Made by a program: the position numbers and the translations under genes. From Glycera tridactyla (Eukaryota), in contig OZ286471.1 in assembly GCA_965644265.1 (NCBI GenBank), positions 46,872,001-46,936,000 on the forward strand: 64,000 bases of DNA. The letters run 5' to 3'. The notes under the pieces are model-generated. The model had not been told where the DNA came from and did not search any database. It worked only from the letters and a program-made list of their open reading frames with translations. Shown piece after piece: positions 13,701 through 27,300 of the stretch (position 1 is the stretch's first letter; each line of letters starts with the position of its first letter).

Positions 13701-16700
13701 GAGAAGTGGGAGGGGGGTGATTACGGTTTACCCCTCTTGTACGCTTCACTGAACACAGACCACCCCGCATGGATACGGACGACGTCGTCGTCGTAATCAT
13801 CTCCGGTGTCGTCACTGTCGTCATCATCATAATTCTCAACGCATATATATCCGTAGACATATTCTCCGCGATTTAGATCGAGTGAAAGAAGGCATACATC
13901 ACATTATTCATGGCATCTTCATATGCGCATGGATCGCCGAAAGCAGTCGTATCTAGTATTGACAAACGTCATCGAAATGAATCAAAATTACGTGGAAATA
14001 ATGTCTGAATGATGGCAGTTTCATTCTTCTTTTCTGATCGATTGAGTGGATCCTGAGTTATTGGCCGTGGAAAATCGGGGGTTAGTGGGTTGAAAAAAAG
14101 GATAGTTTTCTGCTTTTGTCACCAATAGCTCAAATTTACTTGCGATATAAATGATGGAAATTATCAAACTTGCATTAAGGAAACTTATGACCATAGGTAT
14201 TTCATTCCCATCTTGCATTCCTTGATTGATGGAAAAGATGCTGAACTTTTCAACATAGAATATGTTGATTCGTCGGGTCAGACATTAAAAAGCTCTTTTT
14301 GGAATTGACGGCTACCTTTGAAGTAAACATCAATTGTTCACGCATCTCGATAATCCCTCATGCTTGCTACCTGCTCACCAATGACCAACCGTCGGAAGGA
14401 GACTGTACTCAACACAGGAGCCATGGCTCTCTCGGCTGTTTGATTTGAGATACACCACAGTATATACAGAACAATAAGGCGAATGATTTCCTCTAATTCG
14501 GTGGTGATCACAAGACTCGTCTCATAGGGATAGACTAATATCTTGGCTTCTAAATGCATTTTCACTTCTGGGAGTCGGGCATTTAGTTTCAAAGTGATCA
14601 ATTCCTCTCAAGTCAACTTCAGGGATACTAGGCTTCTCGATGATATTTCCGCTCGTGGCCACACAAATTGCCGCCGTTTGTCGCAGGGGAGTTGGGGGGG
14701 GGGGGGGGGGTCTGTCACGATGGGCTCAGCGAGTGTGGCGTATGTGTGCGGTGAAGAGTTCGATACAGTATGAGCGGGTGGCTGCTCACTCATGCGTGAT
14801 ACAGTGACGACTACAATCGACCTCCCCCCCCCCCCCACCCCAAACAATGTCACTCACTACAGTCATTCACGCCGACTCCAGCGAATTAGCAACCAGTGCC
14901 ATTGCTTTTGTATTGCTACGATTTTTAGTAACTTTATTTTATTTCATATATTTAGTGCCTATGTCATGTATACCTGATACGGCGAAATTAAGTCTTTTGA
15001 ATCGAATTAGAATTGGTTACACTACCACCATTTCCACCGTCACAATCCCGCCAATGACATCACCGAGATGGATCATATCCTGTACCTGTAAGGGTAAGAA
15101 TGCACACGCTAGCAGAACTTCCACTGTTTACACTATCACCACATCAGTTCCCCTCGTTACCGTCACCACTGGCGGTGTTATGACCGAGTAGGCGATGAGA
15201 ATACAGTGATGGTATAACTCCGACATCTGCTTGAATAGGTGGATGTTTCACTCCTACAACTGGTGGCAATGCAAGAGGTGATCCGTGCGTGTTTCCATTC
15301 TATTACTTGGGAATACGGCACATGCGATGTATCACGCTGGACAACCGGGGTGTCCCCTGGTGTGCCACAACAACTCTCTACGATATTGATAAGCGCTGGG
15401 GAAATTGTGAAGGTGAGATCATATCACTGGCTCATGTGCAAACAATAACTTACAATTGTCAACTGCCCTTTCAACCGTGGAGCGCAGAACGTCACTTTGA
15501 CTACACTTATTCGTGAATTCTCCCTGTCCGTGCACCCCTTCGTCTACATGGCGGATTATCTGTCATTCCGTCCCTTTGTTTGTTTGACAGTCTGGCTGTA
15601 TTGCCTTTCCCCTATCGCCCCCCCCCCCCCCCACAAACACCTATCGCCCCCCCCCCCCACACACGGCATACTCAGATTATCACGCTACAATTAACCAACC
15701 AGAAAGAAATCTGTCACCGTTCCCACCACGACGGCAAGTTGGCGAATGTTGACACTGTTTATCACGCGACTTGTTGATAAGCCGTAAGTAGGTAACTTAA
15801 TTCAGATTCAAAGGTAAATACCAGTAGAAAAAGACCATTACAGATAGTCACAAAATAATTTTACTAATCACGAAATTGTATAGATAAAAGAAATACTCAC
15901 TGATTATATACTTCAAAAAAATTGTGAAATTATTGAAATTTGATTCCACCAATAACTCAACCACATCTAATAGTCAACTTGTTCTTCTCATTGGTCAATT
16001 GATATATTTTGAACCTGCTCTAAAGACCACCTCTCTATGAAAACCACCTCTCTTTAAATACCGCCCTGAGCTGCGACCATGATAGTATATTCAATAGGAA
16101 ATAACCTTTCTATAAAGACCACCTGCCTATAGAGACCACTTTTCGGTGTGACCGAAGGTGGTCTTTATAGACAGGTTCTACTGTATACCTATTTAAGTAC
16201 TAACATATTGAATGTACAGTCGAACCTGTCGATAAAGACCGCATTCGGTAGCATCAAAAGGCGGTCTTTATGGGCAGGTGGTCTTTATAGAGAGGTCATT
16301 TGCTGTTGAAAATACTAACACGGTCGCAGGTCAGGCGGTCTTTATAGAGAGGTGGTCTTTAGAGCAGGTTCGGCTGTATTATATGTTCATGTTGTTCACG
16401 CTCATTGTGGCAATGTGGTCACTATACCCCCATTGAGCAATAGAAAACAAATATCCCCCAATGGTATTTTGATTGTGTCCGTATATCACTGATGGTTTGA
16501 CTCTGAATCCGTTTTCGATGCAGATGAAGTGTGCTTCTCGACAGCGAGGTTTACCGCCACAGCGGTGCCTTTACAGACCACAGTCACAACGCAGCATACT
16601 TCAACGCGGCAGACGCTGGTCCCACTTGGTATGAGTTCTTAATAAGACTAAACTTCCATTGCCAATGCTCCCACAGCTGTAGATTCTGAGGGGTGGGGGT

Positions 16701-18326
16701 TGGTCGAGCTCGACCATCTTCATCGCTGTAATATCCATCTCACCAGAACACCAAGTAGTGAACGAACTTTCTACATACGACGAATTTTGAGGGAGGGGTT
16801 GGCAAAGCTAGATATTGTCGGTGATTACTCTATAGTTCCAGAAATTCCCACCCGGGTATTCCACTGTATTGACACAAGGTGGCACTTGCAGAGAGTCGGC
16901 TCCCACTCCTTGTTTCTATCTTTACCATAGGAATCCTTGTGAATGTGTGATATAACTCCAAGCACTTCTCCGCAATCAATTTGATATATCCAACTTGATA
17001 AGTCATCCTGATCATAATATGTGACTCATCAATTACACAAATAATCCACTGAACTCCTCATACATATGACTACAGCCATTATAGAATCAGCTATTTGATC
17101 CTCTGATTTACCGAGGAAACATCTTCATGGTTTGTTGATTTTCAGCATTATGCCTAAAATCAAAAGGTCCACCCGCATAAAAGCCTATGCCTATCTGTAA
17201 GATTGATTTCAAAGAAACTATCGTATCAAGTCATCTAGCGGAGTAAAAGGGAACAATCATTTCCAATAGTTACCGCTAGGTGTCACTTTACTCAGTAGAT
17301 ACCTCACTGTTAGATGTCTATGGACAGAAGGAGATTTCGCCGTTGAAACAGAGAAAAAATAGTATTCTGTCCCTGCCTCTATGTTCTTGCAACGTGGATG
17401 CAGGTAGTTGAGTCACCCGCGGCTTTGGCATATCATATATACTGTAAACAGGCCTCTTGTTTTTATGTGATAAAAAGCAGAACGTTTCTTCTCACAGATT
17501 GCTACATCCCCACTACTGGGGGGAATTCCAATGGCGATCCTTGCGCCTTCCCTTTCTTCTATCGGGGTGTGCGCTATTCTGAGTGTATCACCATCAACAA
17601 CAACAATCGTCTGTGGTGTGCGACAACAGTATTTTATGACGTGGATAAGCGATGGGGAGACTGTCTAGGTATAGAATGCAATTGTTCAGCGCGTTGTCAC
17701 CTCCGTATCTTCCAATCTCGGCAACATGTGCTCGGTAATGGCATCTCTGATGCCAATGATTATAGTATTAGTAGCAGTGATGATGATAATTATCAGTGTG
17801 ATTGACTAATTGTTATCAAATCATTGGCCACGTTGAAAACATTGATGCCAGAGGTGATAACGGTTATCTTGATGGGACTAGCAGTAACGAGAAAAAATGA
17901 TGATCATGATAATAATGAAATTGATACTGATGATAATGATTACGGAAATGATGAAAATAAATTCAGCAACATTTTATAATAAGGGATAAGATCAATCCTA
18001 TCGGCATCCTGATCGAATTCTATTCTATTTTCAATAAATAGTTACACATAATTCGACAAGACAGAATGCATATATATATAACACATTATAAATTTATATG
18101 ATGTGTGTGTATCTCACCGTTTATCAGATGCGCGATGCCAGGAGTCATCAACTGCTGGGTCACCGACTACTCCAGCCCCATCTAGCACGCTGGAAGCCAC
18201 CAGCGAGGAGACCACACATACTGCCCAGCTGACAACCCCGCAAGCCAGCACGTTGGCAGGTGATCGTCGCTATCGTCCTTGTCATCCTCATCTCCCTCGT
18301 CACCGAAATAGTTATTGTCGTCATCT

Positions 18327-18357
<31 letters not shown>

Positions 18358-21300
18358 TGCTGCTGCCCTCGCTGTCGTCATTGTCGTCCTCATCTCGGGG
18401 TTGCATCGGGGGGGGGGGGGCATTTCACTCATTTTATCAACTTTGTTGCCCTCTTCGACACAATCAGGGGCCATAATGCTCCCCTATATTGACAAGGAGG
18501 TTGCACCTTTTTTTTAATACAAAGTGAACCCATTTTGAAGAATATTTTGAAGAAATGCCCCCTTTTCTAGAATTCAAGGGGACAAATGCCCCCAATTTTG
18601 GAAAATCTGGATGCAAGCCTGCATCTTCATCTTCATCGCTGCAATCATCATTATAAACTGCCGAATCACCGCCTACGTGGGCAGCAGCTCAGGCAGCACC
18701 ATATCACTGAATGATACATAAGTCTGAGTCTTTTGAATTGATATAAATCGTAAACAGCGCGCATCTTTAAGAAATAATTTGAAGTGGACTCGCGTGAGAA
18801 TGTGACGACGTGTGCAATCAAATCCGAGTCAATATTACGACTGTATTTATTCCCCATAGTGGGGCTTTAGCTCATTGATCTGAAGCAGTGAGAGACGGGC
18901 TATTAAGTCCAATCTGCAGTAGACCCATGTATTGATCTCGATTTTGATTCATATTGAGTAGGCGAGTAAGCGAGCGGGTAGTGTATATACCGGGTTGATT
19001 TTTCTCTTGCAGCCGGCTGTTACATTCCAACAACTGGTGGAACTGCTGCTGGTGCTCGCTGCGTCTTCCCGTTCTTCTATCAGAGTAAAAGATACTGGGA
19101 ATGCACGACGGTGAATAATGGGAATACACCATGGTGCTCCACCACGGTATACTACAGCGTCGACAAGCAGTGGGGAAACTGCTTGGGTATTGACATCTTG
19201 CATTTTTCAAGTCCTGTCACCCCTCTCCCCATCACCCGCCCAAGCTGTCCTACCTCACATCTCAGTTTGTGTAACCCATTCACTTCGACCTAGCCATACC
19301 ATACTTACACCTGATGGTGGTACTTCGGAGTTCACAAACTATTGGCCGATAGTGGTCTAAAAAATTAGCACAATTTTGATCCGTGTTGTGGCAAAATTGC
19401 CAATGTTTGTCTCTCATTGATCGCCACCACATAAGAAGTTTTCCTGTATGATCCAAGTCATGCACATCGCATAGGCATCTCAAAATAGTCCAGATGGTGC
19501 TCAGGGGAGAGAGAGAAAGCATGCAAGTAACCGAACACCCATTAGTATGGGTCGTTTGTCACCACTGTAGCGAAAACATAACACATTATTATCCTTTTAT
19601 CGACAGTGAGTAGTATCCGTCATCCTCTCAATAATATATAACAAAAACTCAACCCAACCAAGGAGACGCTGCTTCGATCAACTAAAAACTGTAGTAGCAG
19701 TGTCGTGTATCAGTTTATTCTTTCAACAGAGGTCGTATGTGAAGAAACAACTGTTCCAAGATCATCGTTGCCTCCCTCCTTTACAACGGAAGTGACTTCT
19801 CCTACAACGGAAGTGACTTCTCCTACGATGGGAGTGACTTCTCCAAGGCTCAATACTCTTCCAGGTACTGCAATAGCATGTAGCATTCATTCTTCACAAC
19901 AATGATCTTCATGCTTCTTGATACTATGGAACTTTTGAGTGTATATCCGTGACCCTCTACATTGTACAAGAATCATATTTGCAATCATTATCCAAACCAA
20001 ATAGTACACCGCAGTGACTGAGATTTTGATCATCATCACCTTTTTCCCACCAAGGCGCGGTGTTGAGTGATTTTACCAACACTTAATTCATTAAGATGTC
20101 AAACATTATCTGCATTTGGGGGAAGTTTTCACTGGATGATGTCAAATGGCTATTCAACCTTTGTCTGAAAGCTGTTAGTCCGTTTCGTTGATCCCCAGAT
20201 AACTTCGTAATGCAATGGACACGGCCTCCTGTTTGTATGCACGTGGAACACAACAATATAATGTCGAATGTTGGAAGGTTATCCTTTCATAGAAAAGTAA
20301 TAAATAGTTCCTCATCCATCACACCAATGACGCGTACAATCGATTAGTATCACTTCTTAGTGGAAGTTCATTCTCTGCGAATCCATATCATGACATGGAA
20401 TTCCTTGTTGAGCCTTTCATATATTCCAAGTTTTTGTTCACTGCATTTTTCAGATGGCTGTTACATACCTACAGTGGGTGGAAATGCCAATGGTGATAGC
20501 TGTGTATTCCCTTTTTTCTACCGAGGCGAAAAATACTGGCAATGTACTGTCGTGAAGAACAACAACCGGGCATGGTGTTCTACAACTACCTTCTATGATG
20601 TTGACAAAAAATGGGGCAATTGTTTAGGTAGGCAAGTTGGTAATAGACTGCTAGTTTTGTTGTGAACCCAACTTGTTACCATGAATTTTCATTTCATACT
20701 GAGTGTGCCATGAATATATCGCACTTGTGTACACGTTGTCTTAAGAAATGACAACACAGCATGGTGTTCCACAAATACACTCTATGATGTTAACAAACGA
20801 TGGGGCAATTGTTTAACTAGGCAAGTTGGTGATAGCTCCCTAATTCTTTCATGAATTCAAGTGGTCACGATGAAAGATTTCCAGAGTGTCCCAATAATTC
20901 AATGGAGCTTGTAATACTTTTTCAATCTATGCCTGATGTTCATAGGTCGGTAAAGTTTTTATGAAGCTGGCTCGATAGTAAATGCTCAGATCAAAGTATT
21001 ATGAGATGTAGACAGGCCACTGATGATAATATGCAATTAGAATAAAATAAGAATGGGCATAGGTACTGTATACTGTGATTAGTTCGTGCAACCCCATCCA
21101 CTGTTTGAAAATCCCTATTTGTCTTAGGAGTGAATTGCCTAAAAAGCATTATACCATTGATTAATCTATTTCTGACGTAAAATCATTCGATATTGGAAGT
21201 TCGAAGAGACTCATAGAAACAATCCTATACGTTATTGACAAGTGGCTAAACTGAAGATGAAGAGATATTAAGTGTCACCATAAAAATTGCATGATTGTGA

Positions 21301-24300
21301 TACGTGGGATATCCCTGACGCACTTTGCAAGCACCAAATGGATCTGCCCTTTAGAAAAAATATGTTTTTCTGAATATCGTATCATCGTATTTTCTATATT
21401 TGCCTAGATCTCAAATGCGAACAATCAACAACTGTTTCATCAACATTATCAACAATGACACCCTCATCAGCATCACCCAGATCAACTGTACTTCCGACAC
21501 AGCAGGTCACTCTACCAGGTAATATACCTCTGCCACCTATACCATATGAGGTTTTTGACCATTCTCACGGATGAATCAGGAGATAAATACAGGAGTGCAA
21601 ACCCATATTACATCTCCGCAAAATATATTTGTTTGCCTATCCAGTGACTGCATGATTTGAAATTGCCATTTGAAGTATGTTCCCCCAAATGAACTAGTTC
21701 ATAAGTAATTGTGAACACCTCTGAAATGTCACCGAGGCAAATTGGTCAAAATGATGACCGATGCCTATCTCTAATTGGTCGGGAAGCTGTCACTCTGGTA
21801 TTTTGCTGGCGAGTTGGTTGTTTTAGACTACCACAAATTCTTCCCTCCTTTTTTTGAGAGCATTTGCCCCGCACTTCGTTTGAACTATAACATTGCGAGA
21901 TTGCTTTCACTGTATCATCAACCGTTATTTAGTTCATTCTTGAGAAGGCATTCAGTATTTCCTCAATAATTCATGCTTCCTACAAACCACTTTTTCGGAT
22001 TGGCTACAGAATATTGTTGAATGCATATAATTCTTACATCTAAGAATTTTAGGCAAACAATAGCTGGTAAATCTCTCGATTTATCAGGATCACTTTACAC
22101 AGAATATACTACCAGCACGAATTGCATAGACTTCGTTGTCATCTCCATAAAATATTTCATGGGTTCATTCACTGCATTTTCCAGATGGTTGTTATATACC
22201 TACAGTGGGTGGAACTGCCAATGGTGATCGCTGTGTCTTTCCATTTTACTACGGAGGTGATACATACTGGCAATGTACTGTCGTAAAGAACAACAACCGG
22301 GCATGGTGTTCCACAACTAGCTTCTATGATGTTGACAAACGATGGGGCAATTGTTTAGGTAGGCACGTTGGTGATAAACTGCTAGTTTCGTTGTGAACGT
22401 AACTTGTTAGTGTATTTTCATTGCACCATGGATATTTTGAATTTATGATGCTCGTCCATCTGGACCTGAAGTTTGTGAGTTGATTTTGAAAGTTCAGAGT
22501 ATCTTTGCATGACGCTGATAAGTAACTGAGATGATAGTGAACGAAACATTCCTCATCAGATTGTTCTTTGGTACTCAATCAGACAGTGCCTGATTATGAT
22601 ATGTGAAATTCTGTTGAAACAATTTGCAAATGTCAAATTGAATTGCACATTCACCAATTGACCATTTCCTGCATACTGCCTGCTCTACATTATCCTAGAT
22701 CTCAAATGCAGCGAATCCACCCTTGTTGCATCAACATCAGAAACAGAAGCATCCTCATCGGCATCACCCAGGCCAACCATACTTCCGACACAGCAAGTCA
22801 CTCTACCAGGTAAATAACATCTGGCACCTATATTGTATGAGGTTTTTGGCCATTCTCACAAATGTATTAGGTGATAGTATAGGAATGCAACCTCTTATTA
22901 CATCTCCACAAAAGATATTTGTTTGCCAATCCAGTGACTGCATGATCTGGAATTGCCATTTGGAGTTTGTTCCCCCAGAAATGCACTAGTTCATAAGTAA
23001 GTGTATACACCTCTGAAATGTCACTGAGGCGAATCGGTCAAAACAATGAGCAATATCTATCTCCAACTGGTCGGGAAGCTGTTACTCTGGCATTTTGATG
23101 GCAAATTAGTCAATGCAGACTACCACAGATTCTTCCCACTTTTTTTGAGAGCATTTGCTCAGCACTTCCTCTGAACCAGAACATTGCAGAATTGGTCTCT
23201 CTGTATCATCAAGCATTATGTAGTTCATAGTTGAAACGGCATTCATTAACTCCTCAATACTTCTTGCTTTCTACAGACCATTTTTTCTGATGGGTTACAG
23301 AATATCGTCAAATGCATATGTAGTTCCTACCTCAAGGGATTTTAGGCAAACAATAGCTCGTGACTTACTCAATTCATCAGTATCACTTTCTTCAGAAAAT
23401 ACACCAACCATGCATTGCATTGTCTACATTGTCATCTCCATGATATATTTCATGGGTTCATTCACTGCATTTTCCAGATGGTTGTTATATACCTACAGAG
23501 GGTGGAACTGCCAATGGTGATCGCTGTGTCTTTCCATTTTTCTACGGAGGTGATACATACTGGCAATGTACTGTCGTAAAGAACAACAACCGGGCATGGT
23601 GTTCTACAACTGCCTTCTATGATGTTGACAAACGATGGGGCAATTGTTTAGGTAGGCACGTTGGTGACAAACTGCTAGTTTCGTTGTGAACGTAACTTGT
23701 TACAGTGTATTTTCATTGCACCATGAATATATTGAATTTGTGATGCTCGTCCATCTGGACATGAAGTTTGTGAGTTGATTTTGAAAGTTCAATGAATCTC
23801 TGAAGCAGGTCTGTATGACGCTGATAACTAGCTAAGATGATAGTGAACGAAACATTCCTCATCAGATTGTTGTTTGTTACTCAATCAAACAGTGCGTGAT
23901 TATGATATGTAGTTCTCGTCAAAACAATTTGTGATTGTCAAATTAACTTGCACCTTCACAAACTGACCATTTCCTGCATACTGCCTTCTCTACATTATCC
24001 TAGATCTCGAATGCGGCGAATCCACCCTTGCTGCATCAACATTAGTAACAGAAGCATCCTCATCGGCATCACCCAGGCCAACCATACTTCCGACACAGCA
24101 AGTCACTCTACCAGGTAATTAATATCTGGCACCGATATTTTATGAGGTTGGCCATTCTCACAAATTCATTAGGTGATACTATAGGAATGCGAACCCATAT
24201 TACATCTCCGCAAAAAAAAATTGTTTGCCAATCCAGTGACTGCATGATCTGGAATTGCCATTTGGAGTTTGTTCCCCCAGAAATGCACTAGTTCATAAGT

Positions 24301-27300
24301 AAGTGTATACACCTCTGAAATGTCACACATGCGAATTGGTCAAAATGATGAGCAATTTCTATCTCCAACTGGTCGGGAGGCTTTTACTCTGGTATTTTGA
24401 TGCCAAGTTGGTAGTTTCAGACTACCACAAATTCTCCCCTCCTTTTTTTTGAGAGCATTCGCTCAGCACTTTCTTTGAACAACACCATTGCAGAATTGGT
24501 TTCACTGTATCATCAAACGGTATGTAGTTCATTCATGAAAAGGCAATCAGTATTCCCTAAATACTTCATGCTTCCTACAAACCACTTTTTCGGATGGTTA
24601 CAGAATAGTGTTGCATGCATATGTAGTTCTTACCTCTAGGAATTTTAGGCAAACAATAGCTGGTAATTCAATCGATTCATCAGTATCACTTCCTACAGAA
24701 AATACAACCATCACGAATTGTTTAGACTTCATTGTCATCACCATAATATATTTCATGGGGTCATTCACTGCATTTTCCAGATGGTTGTTATATACCTACA
24801 GTGGGTGGAACTGCCAATGGTGATCGCTGTGTCTTTCCATTTTACTACGGAGGTGTTACGTACTGGCAATGTACGGTCGTAAAGAATAACAACCGGGCAT
24901 GGTGTTCTACAACTACCTTCTATGATGTTGACAAACGATGGGGCAATTGTTTAGGTAGGCAAGTTGGGGATAAACTGCTAATTTCGTTGTGAACGTAACT
25001 TGTTACAGTGTATTTTCATTTGATTATCATTATTTCGAATTTGTGATGCTTGTCCATCTGGACCTGAATTTTGCGAGTTGATTTTGAAAGTTCAGAGTTT
25101 CTTTGATGCAGTCCTGCATGACGCTGATAAGTGACTGAGATGATAGTGAAAGAAACATTCATCATCAGATTGTTGTTTGTTACTCAATCAAACAGTGCGT
25201 GATTATGATATGTAGTTCTCGTTAAAACAATTTGCAAGTGTCAAATTGAATTGCACATTCAACAATTGACCATTTCCTGCATACAGCCTTCTCTACATTA
25301 TCCTAGATCTCGAATGCAGCGAATCCACCCTTGTTGTATCAACATCAGAAACAGAGGCATCCTCATCGGCATCACCCAGGCCAACCATACTTGCGACACA
25401 GCAAGTCACTCTACCAGGTAATTGATATCTGGCACCTATATTGTATGAGGTTTTTGGCCATTCTCACAAATGCATTAGGTGATACTATAGGAATGCAAAC
25501 TCTTTATTACATCTCCGCAGAAGATTTTTGTTTGCCAATCCAGTGGCTGCATGATCTGGAATTGCCATTTGGAGTTTGTTCCTCCAGAAATGCACTAGTT
25601 CATAAGTGAGTGTATTCACCTCTGAAATGTCACTAATGCGAAATGGTAAAAAAAATGAGCAATTTCTATCTCCAACTGGTCGGGAAGCTATTAATCTGGC
25701 ATTTTGATGGCAAGTTGGTGATTTCAGACTACCACAAATTCTTCCCTCCTTTTTTTTGAGAGCATTTGCTCACCACTTTCTTTGAACCACAACAATGCAG
25801 AATTGGTCTCATTGTATCATCAAACGTTATGTAGTTCATAGTTGAAACGGCATACAGTAACTCCTCAATAATTCATGCTTCCTACAAACCATTTTTCTGA
25901 TGGGTTACATAATATCGTCAAATGCGTATGTAGTTCTTACCTCAAGGGATTTTAGGCAAACAATAGCTCGTGACTGACTCAATTCATCAGTATCACTTTC
26001 TACAGAGAATACACCAACCACAAATTGCATAGTCTACATTGTCATCTCCATAATATATTTCATGGGTTCATTCACTGCATTTTCCAGATGGTTGTTATAT
26101 ACCTACCGTGGGTGGAACTGCCAATGGTGATCGCTGTGTCTTTCCATTTTTCTACGGAGGTGATACATACTGGCAATGTACTGTCATTAAGAACAACAAC
26201 CGGGCATGGTGTTCAACAACTGCCTTCTATGATGTTGACAAACAATGGGGCAATTGTTTAGGTAGGCACGTTGGTGACAAACTGCTAGTTTCGTTGTGAA
26301 CGTAACTTGTTACAGTGTATTTTCATTGCACCATGAATATATTGAATTTGTGATGCTCGTCCATCTGGACATGAAGTTTGTGAGTTGATTTTGAAAGTTC
26401 AGAGTATCTCTGAAGCAGGTCTGTATGATGCTGATAACTAACTAAGATGATAGTGAACGAAACATTCCTCATCAGATTGTTGTTTGTTACTCAATCAAAC
26501 AGTGCGTGATTATAATATATAGTTCTCGTTAAAACAATTTGTTATTGTCAAATTGACTTGCACATTCACAAACTGACCATTTCCTGCATACTGCCTGCTC
26601 TACATTTTCCTAGATCTCGAATGCGGCGAATCCACCCTTGCTGCATCAACATTAGTAACAGAGGCATCCTCATCGGCATCACCCAGGCCAACCATACTTC
26701 CCACACAGCAAGTCACTCTACCAGGTAATTGATATCTGGCACCGATATTGTATGAGGTTTTTGGCCATTCTCACACATTTATTAGATGATAGTATAGGAA
26801 TGCAAACCCATATTACATCTTCGCAAAAGACATTTGTTTGCCAACTAGTGACTGCATGATCTGGAATTGCCATTTGGAGTTTGTTCCCCCAGAAATGCAC
26901 TAGTTCATAAGTAAGTGTATACACCTCTGAAATGTCACACATGCAAATTGGTCAAAATGATGAGCAATTTCTATCTCCAACTGGTCGGGAGGCTTTTACT
27001 CTGGCATTTTGGTGCCAAGTTGGTAGTTTCAGACTGCCACAAATTCTCCCCTCCTTTTTTTCGAGAGCATTCGCTCAGCACTTTCTTCGAACAACACCAT
27101 TGCAGAATTGGTTTCACTGTATCATCAAACGTTATGTAGTTCATTCCTGTTAAGGCAATTTGTATTTCCTGAATACTTCATGCTCCCTACAAACCACTTT
27201 TTCGGATGGTTACAGAATAGTGTTGCATGCATATGTAGTTCTTACCTCTAGGAATTTTAGGAACACAATAGCTGGTAATTAAATTGATTTATCAATATCA

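Noticed and set aside
14792-15191. Thr-rich ORFs resembling an extra mucin linker exon
   Set aside because: Degenerate CAC/CAT-type simple sequence; I found no clean phase 1-1 AG/GT pair with the position-4 Cys.
14690-15665. G/C homopolymer runs (14693-14710, 14824-14840, 15617-15660) as a G-quadruplex or hairpin system
   Set aside because: Isolated homopolymers without extended arm complementarity; common intronic low complexity.
18103-18517. Poly-Arg, poly-Thr, poly-Asp and poly-Val ORFs
   Set aside because: All frames of a (CGT)n microsatellite downstream of the real linker exon.
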